A stretch of 63,093 nucleotides of DNA, the filler included, from Thraustochytrium aureum (taxonomy: Eukaryota), in NCBI GenBank assembly GCA_012862495.1. It is 4 parts of 2 records of this genome, joined end to end, with 100 filler letters (N's around TTAATTAATTAA, not from the genome) between each part and the next. Parts side by side here need not be neighbours in the genome. Positions count along the whole stretch, not along the records: positions 12,252 to 40,165 come from BLSG01000170.1; positions 40,266 to 56,969 come from BLSG01000172.1; 2 more parts are not named here. One strand, written 5' to 3'. Each line of letters begins with the position of its first letter. Within the stretch, counting starts at the first letter, position 1. This document shows positions 32,911-43,785 of this stretch, one piece after another. The notes under the pieces were generated by a model. The model was not told the DNA's origin and searched no databases. It saw only the letters and a list, made by a program, of their open reading frames with translations. The translations under genes and the position numbers were made by a program.

Positions 32911-33231
32911 TTTAGCGAATGTTACGCCTCAGCTCGCCGGCCAAGTCCAGCAAGGGCCCGCGCCTTTCGAGCTGCCAAGCACGATCGATCGCCACTAGCA
33001 ACCTCAAGTGCAAAGAATTTTAGTGAATGTTACGCCTCGGCTCGCTGGCCAAGTCCAGCGATGGCCCGCGCCTTTCGAGCTGCCAAGCACGATCGATCGC
33101 CACTAGCAACCTCAAGTGCAAAGAATTTTAGCGAATGTTACGCCTCAGCTCGCCGGCCAAGTCCAGCAATGGCCCGCGCCTTTCGAGCTGCCAAGCACGA
33201 TCGATCGCCACTAGCAACCTCAAGTGCAAAG
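32911..33231. repeat. 108-bp tandem repeat, about 3 visible copies abutting a gap
   Basis: Units start at 32911, 33019 and 33127 and are near-identical. Confidence 0.93.
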
Positions 33232-33335
33232 CTGGCCGAGACAACTACAAAGAGCCATTGTAAATTTCCCCATTGGTGCGAGCACGAGCGACCCCAGAAT
33301 TGCAGCGAGCAACGCACCCGACCGCGCACAACCGC

Positions 33336-34851
33336 CTAAGCTCGAGGCTTAAACTCCACCTCGTCGTGGCCAAGCGCGACTGGGCCGCGGCCTAGAACGG
33401 GCCCCTTCAATTTCATCTTGAGTGGAACATCAAGAGAGGTCAGCGAACCCCCGCCTGGGAACGTCGGGATCGGAGTGGTTACCACAAGGTCCTCGATCTC
33501 GCCAAGTGGCAAGTTTGACGCGCTTTGCCAGGCTTTGCCGTCTTTACGGCCAAGCCCATCAAGCCAACGAGCCGTCTGGCAAAGTGACACTCGGACGCGG
33601 AATGTGGTGCCTGCTACAGCGCTTGCGCGCTTCTCGAGCGCCCTCATCGCGCCAAGTGCAGCCAAGTACCCGGTCGCGTAGTCCAAAAACTGGACCGGGA
33701 GGTGCTGGGGCGTCGGCCCGACTTGAGCGCCCGCACTCGCTCCCTCACCCAGCGCCGCCATCGTCTGCTCGAAGGCAAGACCGCTCGTGCACTGCATGAG
33801 GCTGTCAAAGCCGCGCGTCGCGCTCCAGGGCCCTACGTGCGAGAACGCGCTGAGCTCGACGACAACAAGACCCGGGAAAGTCCCGCGCGAGCTGCTCTGC
33901 AGACAGCCCAAACCTGCTCATGCTCCCGGGGCGGTACGCGTTGATAACCACGTCGGCCTGCGCGAGGGCGTTCTCGAGTCGGCGCCGTGCGACGTCCTGT
34001 TCGAGGTCGAGAAACGCGCAGCGTTTGCCATGGCCGGTTGCAAGCACCGCCGCCTCGACGAACGGAAGCCGCGGCGAGCTGACGCGGACGACGTCGGCTC
34101 CAAAGTCGGCGAGCGTGCGGCCGGCAACCGGCCCGGCCAGGACCCGAGAAAAGTCGAGCACGCGCAGCCCAGCAAGGGCGTGCTGGCTTGAGCCGGCTTG
34201 CGCCACGGGCCTCCAGAGGTCTCTCTGGGACTGCACAGGAGCCTGCGGCAAGAGCTCGTCGACCTCGAACAATGGAAGCCGACGCACCTCGATAGCCTGT
34301 GGGTGCTCGGCCCACTCTTGCGGCGAGCGGACGACTGCAGCGCAAGCGCCTCTCTTGTTGAGGTCAGCCTCCAGCTTGAAAGTATCAGAACAGCCAAGAA
34401 CGGCAGCTTCGACCTGGTGCCGCGACGGGAGCTCTGCGCCAGCGGGTTGCCCAGCTGTGAGCAGCCCGAGTGTTTCGAGAACGCGATCGCGATGGTGCGC
34501 AAAGTTGCAGTGGAATTGGATCCATCGGCCGTCGCCGCCCAAGTACATCCCCGAGAGCGGGTCCCACAGTTGCGGGGTCCCTGAACTTCGCTGCAGGTAC
34601 CTTTCCTGCCGAATGGCGGCAGCTGCGGCGCGGGCCTCGACTGTGACGCACTGCTCCGGAGAGTCGACGCCGCCGAGACGGCCCGCTTGGAGCCCGACGG
34701 CGGCCAGCACTGCCTGCGCGGCGTGTTCGCAGCGAAACGGAGTGCGGAGTAGCCGGTCCGCGGATTCTTGGCCTGCCAGGCAGACTTTGGCGGCGAAGGG
34801 GGCTCCGCCCAACAGTTTCAAGAGGCCATCCAAAACCGCGTTCGCAGACAT
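33336..34851 (-). CDS. CoA-transferase family III (CaiB/BaiF), long two-lobed type; frameshift near 33865
   Basis: DGRWIQFHCNFAHHRD; LAGLRVLDFSRVLAGPVAGRTLADFGADVVRV; GKRCAFLDL; ADVVINAYRPG; RGFDSLMQ; LPVQFLDYATGYL. Confidence 0.9.
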
Positions 34852-35594
34852 GACGATTGACTGCCAGCGCTGCTCCCTCGCGCGCGCGCACGAGGCCGAA
34901 TACCGCAGCGTCGGCGTTTCGCGGCCCAAATTCGAGGTTGCTTCTCTCCGATGTGCAGACTCGAAAGAGGACTGCCTGGCTGCCTGCTCGCCCGTTCTGC
35001 TGTGTTGCGCTGCTACGCAGCTTGTTCCGACCACGTGCTGCTCGAGCAACGTTGCCGGGCCACGACCTTCTCTCGTGTTTGCTTGCCCTCAGGGCTCGTT
35101 CCGCCCCCGCGCAAGTGACTCGCCTCGTCTTTCGATGGCACGCAACGGCACCTGGAGCTTGGCCTTGCTCGAGGTCAGCCAGCCTCCGGGCGGGAGGGAC
35201 CTCAGCACGGCGCCTGACCTTGTTGAGCAGGCCATGCGAGTCTCGCGCGCAAAAGCCCAGGACCCGACCCGAGCGCGGCGCTGCTCGCCTGCAGCCGGGG
35301 GTCGCGCGATACGAGGGGCGCAGGCCTCAAGCTCTAGCTTGCGTGCTCTGGTGCTCTACTCGAGCGGAGAAGTGGCGCCTGAACTGCGTGTCCATTCCGT
35401 TGCGTGGCAAATCCTGATCGCGCGCGCGTTTAGCTCCCTCCGCCCCGTCCCGATCCCTCGCGCAGGTCTCGCGCTGGCCTCTCGCGCGGCGAGGCGGCGC
35501 TACCGTGTCGTCTTGGCTGCGGGCACGTGCGGCGCGGGCGGCGACGCGGACCGTGTAAGCCCCATCTGCGGCCTGCTGGTCACTTGGGGGGAAA

Positions 35595-37102
35595 ATGTGG
35601 GCTGCGCGAACGCTTTGGCGTCGAGGCGGCGCGCGCAGGCTCGGATGGGCCCGCATGACTGGCGCGGCCTTGGTAGCTGCCTGCGGGAGCGCCGCGTGGG
35701 CCGGCGCAGGCCCCGCGAGGCTCGAGGAAGGCGGAGCAGNNNNNNNNNNNNNNNNNNNNNNNNNNNNNNNNNNNNNNNNNNNNNNNNNNNNNNNNNNNNN
35801 NNNNNNNNNNNNNNNNNNNNNNNNNNNNNNNNNNNNNNNNNNNNNNNNNNNNNNNNNNNNNNNNNNNNNNNNNNNGCCAGCAAAGTGCGGCTGCGACGCG
35901 CCAACACCAACCTGACCAGCCTTGACAGCGTGCTCATGGGCTACGAGTACAGACTGCGCGAGACGGCGTCGCTGGAGAAGGTCTTCAAGTACTTTAGCTC
36001 GGTGATCCTAGATGGCGAAGAGTTCATGACCCCGCTCGACCTCGTGCGCGCCATCAGCCCCGGCGTGCCGCCGTCGCCCAACTCGCGGCCGCTCAACATC
36101 CCGCTGTTTGAGCAGTCCACGGAGCCCGAGTTTTCCAAAGAGGAGCTGCCAGACTTTTTCAAGTTTGGCGAGGGGGACTCGGGGCTCATCTCGTTCGAGC
36201 GCTTCTTGGTGATCGTGACCCTGCTCGCCCTGCCCGCGGCCGAAGTCCCAGTCGCGTATCGTATGTGCGCAGGCGAGGACTTTAATAACGAGGTCTACCG
36301 CGGGGTCAACTTGAACGTGCACAACTTTGATTTCATCATGCAGCGCAACATCAAGATCCGCGGTCAAGGCTACACGACCGAGCACGAGCCGGGCGCCACG
36401 GTGCACTACTTGTTCGGCCCCAACTTGGACAAGACGCTGACGCTGGCCGAGTTTCAGGACTTTCACATGCGCCTGCACGACGAAGTGGAGCGGCTGCAGT
36501 ACTACCTGTTGAGCGACAAGATGGACAAAGAGGGGCGGCCCGAAATGTCGCTCACGGCGTTCGCGAAGAGTGTCGCCGCGCTTGTGCCTTCTGATTACCG
36601 CGGCGCGTTCCTTGAGCGGGCTCAGCGGCTTCCTCTGGAGCCAGTCTCTGAGACTGTGATCGAGCACGAGAAGCGCCTTGGGCGCCTCTCAGAGGAGCAG
36701 TGCGCAGACGGGATGGTGTTGGCGCGAAGCTTGAGCGTGACGTACGACGAGTACAAGGCTTGGCAGGAGGTGCTCCGCTCCCTCTTGCAGATGGAGGACG
36801 CGGTGCGGCGATACTCGTACGAGGACGGGCACTTTTCGCGCACCAACATCAACCGCGCCGCCAAGGCGGTGGCCGGTGTGAAGCTGAGCCGCGCGCAGAT
36901 TTGGGCGATATTCTACCTGTTTGACACCAAGGGGTCGAACGCGCTCTACCACGACCAGTTTGCGCGGCTCCTCAAGCCGCACTCTGTATCGACCGACCCG
37001 CGCACGGAGGCAGAGGGGCTCGGGCTTGGCAATCTCGTTGCTTGCATGGCTTCGAGCTGCAGGGACTGCGTCCGCAACTGGTACGAGGGAACGAGCGACT
37101 AG
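35595..37102 (+). CDS. MICU1-like mitochondrial calcium uptake regulator (internal gap)
   Basis: YEYRLRETASLEKVFKYFSS...FMTPLDLVRAI resembles MICU1 YENRIR..DKIFRYFA..MTPEDFVRSI; also RAAKAVAGVKLS..IFYLFD. Transit-like start MWAARTLWRRG. Confidence 0.82.
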
Positions 37103-37390
37103 CTACTAGAGTGACAAGTGAGGCGGAGCGCCCGCCCGCCCGCGCCGCAGAGCGGCTGCGCGCAGCGACCAACGCCGCGGCAAGCCGGCGGGCGTACGTA
37201 CGTGCCTGTGCAACCAAAACAGTGTTTTCTTGTAGTCAGAGGTTGGTACGTCCATTTGTTCAAGCTTGTAATAGCACGAGTAGAGTACTTGCGGTAGTGG
37301 TCAGCAGGTCAAGCAGGGCGCACAGGCGCCTGCAGTCCGAGCAGCGGATTCACAGTCAAATCACAGGGGGGTGGCGCGTGCTCCTCCGGC

Positions 37391-37996
37391 TCAAGGCACC
37401 GGCTCGTAGGCGCGCAGGGCCTGCTGCGCCAGGTGGTACACGTTAAAGTAAAGCTGGCCCTGGCCCGCTGGCGTTGAGAGATCGTAGCGAAAATGCTCGC
37501 ACAAAAACTCTGCAACCAAGCTGAGCACAATCATCGAGGTGGCCTCATACTCCTTCTCGGAGCGGATCTCGCAGGGCGGCCAGCGGTCCACCGCAAAGCA
37601 CGTCACTGCCTTGACGAGCGTGCGCAGGTCGAGCACTCCAAGCGCGCATGCCATGCCGGCGCGGTCCTCGCCCAAAAAGTCGAGTAGCGTCCGTGGCGTT
37701 CCGTCGTGGAGCTCTGCGTCGCGTGGGTTGGTCTTCTTCCACCGCAGGACGAGGGAATACAGCTTCTTCTCGCGCCTGTATTCTTGGTTCATGGTTGCGC
37801 TCGACTCTTGCTTTAATTTGCGCTCGTGGTCGTGCAGCTGGTACTCGATCACCCGCGGCACCTCTGCGAAGCGGACGGCCGTCATCTTGCGGGGAGTGCT
37901 GCGGTTTGCGAGCGACACGGATGGGGATTTGCTTGCGTTGGACGACGACGGGCTCGGGTCGGCTGCTACGAACGAACGCAGACAGCCTTTTCTCAA
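37391..37996 (-). CDS. Hypothetical protein
   Basis: 201-aa open frame with globular composition; start uncertain. Confidence 0.45.
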   Translation of the reverse strand: MRKGCLRSFVAADPSPSSSNASKSPSVSLANRSTPRKMTAVRFAEVPRVIEYQLHDHERKLKQESSATMNQEYRREKKLYSLVLRWKKTNPRDAELHDGTPRTLLDFLGEDRAGMACALGVLDLRTLVKAVTCFAVDRWPPCEIRSEKEYEATSMIVLSLVAEFLCEHFRYDLSTPAGQGQLYFNVYHLAQQALRAYEPVP

Positions 37997-39602
37997 TTAG
38001 CTGACTGTGAAAGTGCCAGCGCGGCGGCACGATCAATCAGGGACTGGGCCTGGAGAGGCAGGCTTTTGCGACGCTCCCGCGCGAGCAGGTTTCAGCTCTT
38101 GCCGTGCGCTGTGGCAGCGGCTGGCTCCCTGCAGCTGCGCTGGCTGTGAGTCTGCCGAAAGGCCCAATGCAGTGATCTGGCTCGGACCGATGATGGCGCG
38201 ACAGCGCCGAACTCGACAAATCGGATCTACCTCCTCGGCCGGCTGTCGCGGTTCAGCTGCCTTGCCTTCTTCAACTCCTGACTGACTCCTGTTTGGTGTG
38301 CAGGCTGATGAAAGGGCTAAGTACTTACTCTGTAGGTAAGGGTCTGTGACGGTTTTGGTTTGGGGCCCAGGTCGGCGCTCTTTTCCGGCTCGAGCCGCAT
38401 TTCTCCAGAGCGACGAGTTGCCAAAGCACGCGAGCTGACTGCCCGCCGCCTGCCTGATGAATGATCAGGTGCGGCTGGAGGGTACCTGTGGCAGCAAGCA
38501 AGCAGCGCTGCTCGGCTCCCTGCAGTCGTTCAATTCTTGGAGGCCACGCGCATGCCGCTCGGAACGGAGCTCTCGCTGAATGCAGGCTGGATGGAAGGCG
38601 CTCAAGGGCACCGCTTCAAGAGCGTCAGCTCCCTCGGCGCCGGCTCGAGAGGCGCTGACAAAAGCTGTAGTATGCGTCCTGCCAGTGCGTGTTGAGGGAG
38701 CGGAGGCGCTGGCGAGGCGGCTCTTGAGTGCCGCTTGCGCGAAACTGCCAACTCGTACGTTTACAAGTAGAGTAAGCGTGCTTCATCAGCCGGAGTTGGA
38801 TGGCGGGAGCGAGCCGGATGCTGCCGCCGCCGCCGCGCTGACCTCGCGTCCTTCCTCAAGAGCGCCCTCACCGCGTGCGGGCGTGTTTGGAAGATGTCGC
38901 CAGGGTCCTGGCTCGGCTGCTGGGCGGCTCGCTTGCTCGCCCGTTCGCCTGCTCCTTGTCCCTGCAGAGGAGTCGACCGGCTCCTCTCTCAGCATGGCTG
39001 AACGCAAGCCGGTCGCGCCTGCGACTTGGGTACGATCCAGTAACTGCCCTGCCTCCGTGGATGGATCGTGCTGCGGACGAGCCTCCGCGACGCCGCAGCA
39101 GGCAAACGTTCAGCCTGCATCGGGGAGGAGCCAAGCGGTTTCAGCGCGCTTGTCCGCCTCCAGGCGCACAACGCAACGAACNNNNNNNNNNNNNNNNNNN
39201 NNNNNNNNNNNNNNNNNNNNNNNNNNNNNNNNNNNNNNNNNNNNNNNNNNNNNNNNNNNNNNNNNNNNNNNNNNNNNNNNNNNNNNNNNNNNNNNNNNNN
39301 NNNNNNNNNNNNNNNNNNNNNNNNNNNNNNNNNNNNNNNNNNNNNNNNNNNNNNNNNNNNNNNTCTGCTGTAGTGGTAAGGTGTGGGGCTATGGGCCGCG
39401 CTGCCGGAATGTGTCGTCGCGATGGCATGCAGGTCGTCCAGGGCATACGGCGGCGGAGGCGCTTGCTCGCCTGCGGCCACGTGCAACGTGCAAGCAACTG
39501 TCTCGAGAGAGTAGAGCTGCTCTACTACGAGTCGACTAGGAGTTGAGAAAGATTCAAAGAAACGATCTGTTCTGTTGTTTCCTCCCGAGAACACCGCAGG
39601 TA

Positions 39603-40151
39603 TCAAGCAAACGAAAGCTGGGCCCCCGTTGACTCCACAAGCGCGTTCAGGTTGGCGATCTCGCGCTCCGTGCCGCCCAGCATCGAAGCGGACGGCAAGG
39701 CCTCCACCAACGTGCCGCCAGACGCAAAAATTACCTTCGAAGGGTGCGCGAGCAAACTCGGGGCAGTCGTCCGCGACACGGCCAGGCCAGAGGCGCTCTC
39801 GAAAATGGACTCCGGCAATGCCTTTTCCTTGACGACGTGCATGGCTCCCCACATCCGCGAGACGCCTTCAGGCGACCAGATCACGTTGTTCTGAAAAACG
39901 ACAGAGGAGCCCTTGGACACCTTCGGGGCGGGCTTGTGACCAAGCACGAGCGTCACCTCCCCAGTCGCACTGTCAACGACGGCATGCCCGGCGAGCCCGA
40001 CAGCGCCCGTGAGCTCGACAGAGGCAGCCGCAGCCGTAGCAAGGGCACGGGAAAGCACGGTCGCGCCAATCTGGCCGCGGCAGGCGACCTGCGTCCCGTA
40101 CACAGCTGCGTAGGCCCCGTCAGCTGCCTCGTCAGGAGCGCTAGAGTGCAC
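39603..40151 (-). CDS. Hypothetical protein, 3' fragment at scaffold end
   Basis: Open frame with beta-rich, protein-like composition running to the linker. Confidence 0.4.
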   Translation of the reverse strand: MHSSAPDEAADGAYAAVYGTQVACRGQIGATVLSRALATAAAASVELTGAVGLAGHAVVDSATGEVTLVLGHKPAPKVSKGSSVVFQNNVIWSPEGVSRMWGAMHVVKEKALPESIFESASGLAVSRTTAPSLLAHPSKVIFASGGTLVEALPSASMLGGTEREIANLNALVESTGAQLSFA

Positions 40152-40165
40152 AAAGTGAATGTGCG

Positions 40166-40265
40166 NNNNNNNNNNNNNNNNNNNNNNNNNNNNNNNNNNN
40201 NNNNNNNNNTTAATTAATTAANNNNNNNNNNNNNNNNNNNNNNNNNNNNNNNNNNNNNNNNNNNN
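40166..40265. other. Artificial scaffold linker N44-TTAATTAATTAA-N44
   Basis: Identical 100-nt structure. Confidence 0.97.
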
Positions 40266-40403
40266 GCGCGTTGTCTGGTGGGGCAACTCCACATTGAGTT
40301 CCAGACAGTGCAACTGCGCAGGCAGACCCCCAACGCGCCCAGACGAGCAGGACAAAGAGCAAGAGGCGCGGGTGGTGCTAGACGGGGCGAGGCGCTTGAG
40401 ACG

Positions 40404-43400
40404 ATGGGCGGCGCGGTGTCCCAGGCCGGCGCGGCGGCGGAGGAGGTCAACGCGATCCAGGCGCTGCCGGGGCCCGTGCGCGGCAAGGTGGTCGAGCAAG
40501 TGGAAGAGTTTCTGCGCAGCGTCGTGGTGGAGGCTGGCGTCTCGGATGCCGAGGTAACCGTGTTCCGCGCGAGTGGGCTGATGCAAGCCGACTTTCGGAA
40601 TGCGTCCGATCCGTACGTCGCGCTGACGCTTGCCGGCCCCGATGGAACGCCTACTGGGAGCGACAACCAGGTGGTCGTGTCGACCAAAGTGCGCAACTCG
40701 CACCACCCCGTATGGGGAGGCGGCGCGAACGGCGAGACGCTGCGGATTGGACCTGTGACGGGAGCGGACTGGCTGCTCCTTCGCGTGTTTGACTCGGACG
40801 AGCGCGAGCCCAACCCGACGGGGTCCTTGACGACCTCTTGGGGTCGACACTCATTTCCCTCGCTGATCCCCTCGGCACGCACGGACTGCAGCGCACCGTC
40901 GATCTGCAGATTGAGACTAACGACGGCCCGCAGAGCGCCGGCAACGTTACCTTTTCCTTCCGGCGCACTCTGGAGCTTCCGGAGCTGGCCAGCAACGCGA
41001 CGATCAAAGACATCATCACGGCATACTTTGAGCTCGTTCCCAAGCACAGCAATGGCGAGCAGGTGCGCGAAGAATGTGCTCGGGTCCTGGCGAGCTATTT
41101 GCACGTGGTTCGCGAGCACGTCACCGTCTCTGCCTCAATCGCAGAAGCGCTACGGAGCCTCTCTGCTCGCAGGGCTGGCCACGCAACAGTGCTTCATCGC
41201 CTCCTTGCTGCCGTGCGTGACGGAACGATCGAGCAACTGATGCCCGAGCTCTGTGTCATATCGCCGCGCCTTGCCAAAGCGCATGAGCAGGCGCAGCCGC
41301 AGGCGCAGCAGGAGGCGCAGGAGCAGGCGCAGCAGGAGGCGCAGGAGCAGCAGCATTCGGCTGAAGACAGCACATTGCCGGGCGCGGAACACCCACTCCC
41401 GGAAGTTGTCCTCAGGTGCGAAATTCGAACCATGAGCGAGCAAGACCAACTGCGATTCGTCCGAGCAATCCAAAAGATGATGGAAAGNNNNNNNNNNNNN
41501 NNNNNNNNNNNNNNNNNNNNNNNNNNNNNNNNNNNNNNNNNNNNNNNNNNNNNNNNNNNNNNNNNNNNNNNNNNNNNNNNNNNNNNNNNNNNNNNNNNNN
41601 NNNNNNNNNNNNNNNNNNNNNNNNNNNNNNNNNNNNNNNNNNNNNNNNNNNNNNNNNNNNNNNNNNNNNNNNNNNNNNNNNNNNNNNNNNNNNNNNNNNN
41701 NNNNNNNNNNNNNNNNNNNNNNNNNNNNNNNNNNNNNNNNNNNNNNNNNNNNNNNNNNNNNNNNNNNNNNNNNNNNNNNNNNNNNNNNNNNNNNNNNNNN
41801 NNNNNNNNNNNNNNNNNNNNNNNNNNNNNCTCGGACGACAAGGTGCGGCGCAAACTCGCGAGCGGCGACATGGCCAAGCGGTCCGCGGACTGCCTTGACG
41901 TTTTCGCCAACGCCCAGCACTGGCAGCACGCCTCGACGGAAAACAAGGCCTCCGAGTCTGTTGAGGGGCCGCACAACGGTGTGCACAACGCTCTCGGCTT
42001 CCCCCTCACCTCGCTCAGGTTTGCTGCCTTCCATCCGATGTTTTGGCTGCTCCACTGCAACACGGACAGGCAGTATGAGAAATACGTAGAATTGGCCGGT
42101 CGCGAGGCCTGCGTGCGGGACATGCGCAACCACCAGCAGATCCGCGCTGAGATGGGCAACGCAAACTTGTTTGAGCAGGATGCCGCGCCGTTCGCGCGGC
42201 CCGAGCACCTCGACCACATCGCGCCGCACAACAAGGGGAGAGGCTTCTCGCCCGAGGACGCCTTGGTCGACCTCTTCTGCCTGGGATACGCCTACGACCA
42301 GCTTCCGCCCCAACCCAAGCAGCTCATGCGGGAGCTTCCCGTACTAGCCCTGTTCCAAGGACGTCGACGTGGCCACCAAGCTCGTTGGCCGCGACGGCCT
42401 CATGAAGAGCTTTGACGTGCATGTGTACATCGCCCCGAAAGAGGGCGGCGCAGAGCCCGCTCTGCGGGCCGAGCTGGGGGCCGCGCTGGACAAACTGAGC
42501 AGCGCCCAGGGCGACCCAGCGTCGGAGGACGACGAGCGCAAGGTTTTTGCTGAGCACCCCAACTATGCTGGCGTTTGCTCGCTTTTCGGCGGCAAGGGAC
42601 CAGAGTGCGCCAACTGCCGCGCCAACGGCGTGATTGACGCCAAAGTGGTGCTCAACAACGCCATGAGCCAGCTCGGGATCGAGAGTAGGCACGAAGTTGC
42701 GCTCGTCTGCGTCTTGGAGGACGAGTTTGGGCGACTTGTCTTTTTGGAGGATGCCAAGGCGCGGTTCGGGGAAGGAGTCGAGATCCCCGCTCCGCTCGTG
42801 AGTGGTCCGCTGTTCGAGTCGACGAACCCCGACCTCTCTCTAGAGACGGTCTCACAAGCGGCCGGGAGCGTCCAGGCTGTCGAAGAGACCCGCGAAATGC
42901 AGGCCGTGCTGGCCCGGCTTGGCTACTACGCTGGCGCAGTGGACAGCATCCTCGGCACGAAAACGGACGCGGCGGTCCGTGCCTTCCAGGCGATGGCGGG
43001 CATCAAACAGGACGGCGTTGTTGGCCCGGTAACGAAAGCGGCGCTCACGCAGCGACGCTACGACGCGGCGCCCGACCTCGGGCCAAACGAGTCGCACAGG
43101 TCTATGCCAAGGACCAGGTCATCAAGTACTGGGTCGGGACCGCGCCGGGGTATCTGGACCGGGATGCGGTTCTGAGGGAGCTTGGCGCCGCTTTCGACGA
43201 GTGGCAAAGTGTAGGCGTGGTCTCGTTCGAGATGGTTCTTGAGCGCGCTGCCGCAGACGTTCTCATAAGGTGGAGTGATCGCACACCGGACAACTTGCGC
43301 CTCTTCGACGGCGTCGGGGGCGAGGTGGCGCGGGCCGACGCGGGCAATATCACCTTTGACGTTGCGGAGCAGTGGACATGCGAGCCCAACGATCCCCAAC

Positions 43401-43571
43401 TCCCGGAGCTTTCGTCTGCGGGCCGTGGCTCTGCACGAGATTTCCCATGTGCTCGGGTTGCACCATTCGCACGACCCGCGGCAGGTGTTGTATCCCTACT
43501 ACATGGCCGGCCGCGTGCGCCTCACGACGGCCGATAAGGCTGCGCTGCAACTTCTGTACAACAACGCTTGA
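40404..43571 (+). CDS. Multidomain protein: myristoylation motif, C2, tyrosinase (type-3 Cu) with CxxC C-terminal domain, peptidoglycan-binding-like domain, matrixin (M10); frameshifts near 40822, 42354, 43098 and 43396; gap 41488-41829
   Basis: MGGAVS start; C2 motifs ASGLMQAD..SDPYV..HPVW..VFDSD..DDLLG; tyrosinase LRCEIRTMSEQDQLRFVRAIQKM, EGPHNGVH..FHPMFWLLHCNTDR, LGYAY; ECANC; MQAVLARLGYY..TDAAVRAFQAMAGIKQDGVVGPVT; FDGVGGE..VALHEISHVLGLHHS..VLYPYY. Confidence 0.87.
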
Positions 43572-43785
43572 AATCATGAGCGCCACGCTGGGTGCAAGGG
43601 GGATCCTCCTTGCTGGGAGCGTGATGGCAACAACGATAGATAGGCCAACACTCGCTAACAAGAACAAACACTATTTCAAAAGTAGTCAGCGTCAACGGTA
43701 GGCCGCTCTGCGCAAAGTTTGCGTATGATGCCAATGGAGTGGAGAGCGTCGCGGGGCTCGAGCAGGAGGCAGTGCGCGGGGCCTC

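Noticed and set aside
28836..34851. CoA-metabolism cluster (Nudix CoA pyrophosphatase and CoA-transferase)
   Set aside because: They are separated by an ankyrin gene, a gap and a repeat; two genes are too weak a signal without synteny data.
33920..35600. 1060-aa ORF 33920-37102 as one protein
   Set aside because: Its 5' half is antisense to the CoA-transferase and only joins the MICU-like frame by reading through Ns.
2205..43571. A single 'immune island' of HET-TPR, BTB-GTPase, lectin receptor, non-RD kinase and tyrosinase-MMP
   Set aside because: These genes lie on three different scaffolds and are interspersed with housekeeping genes, so physical clustering cannot be claimed.
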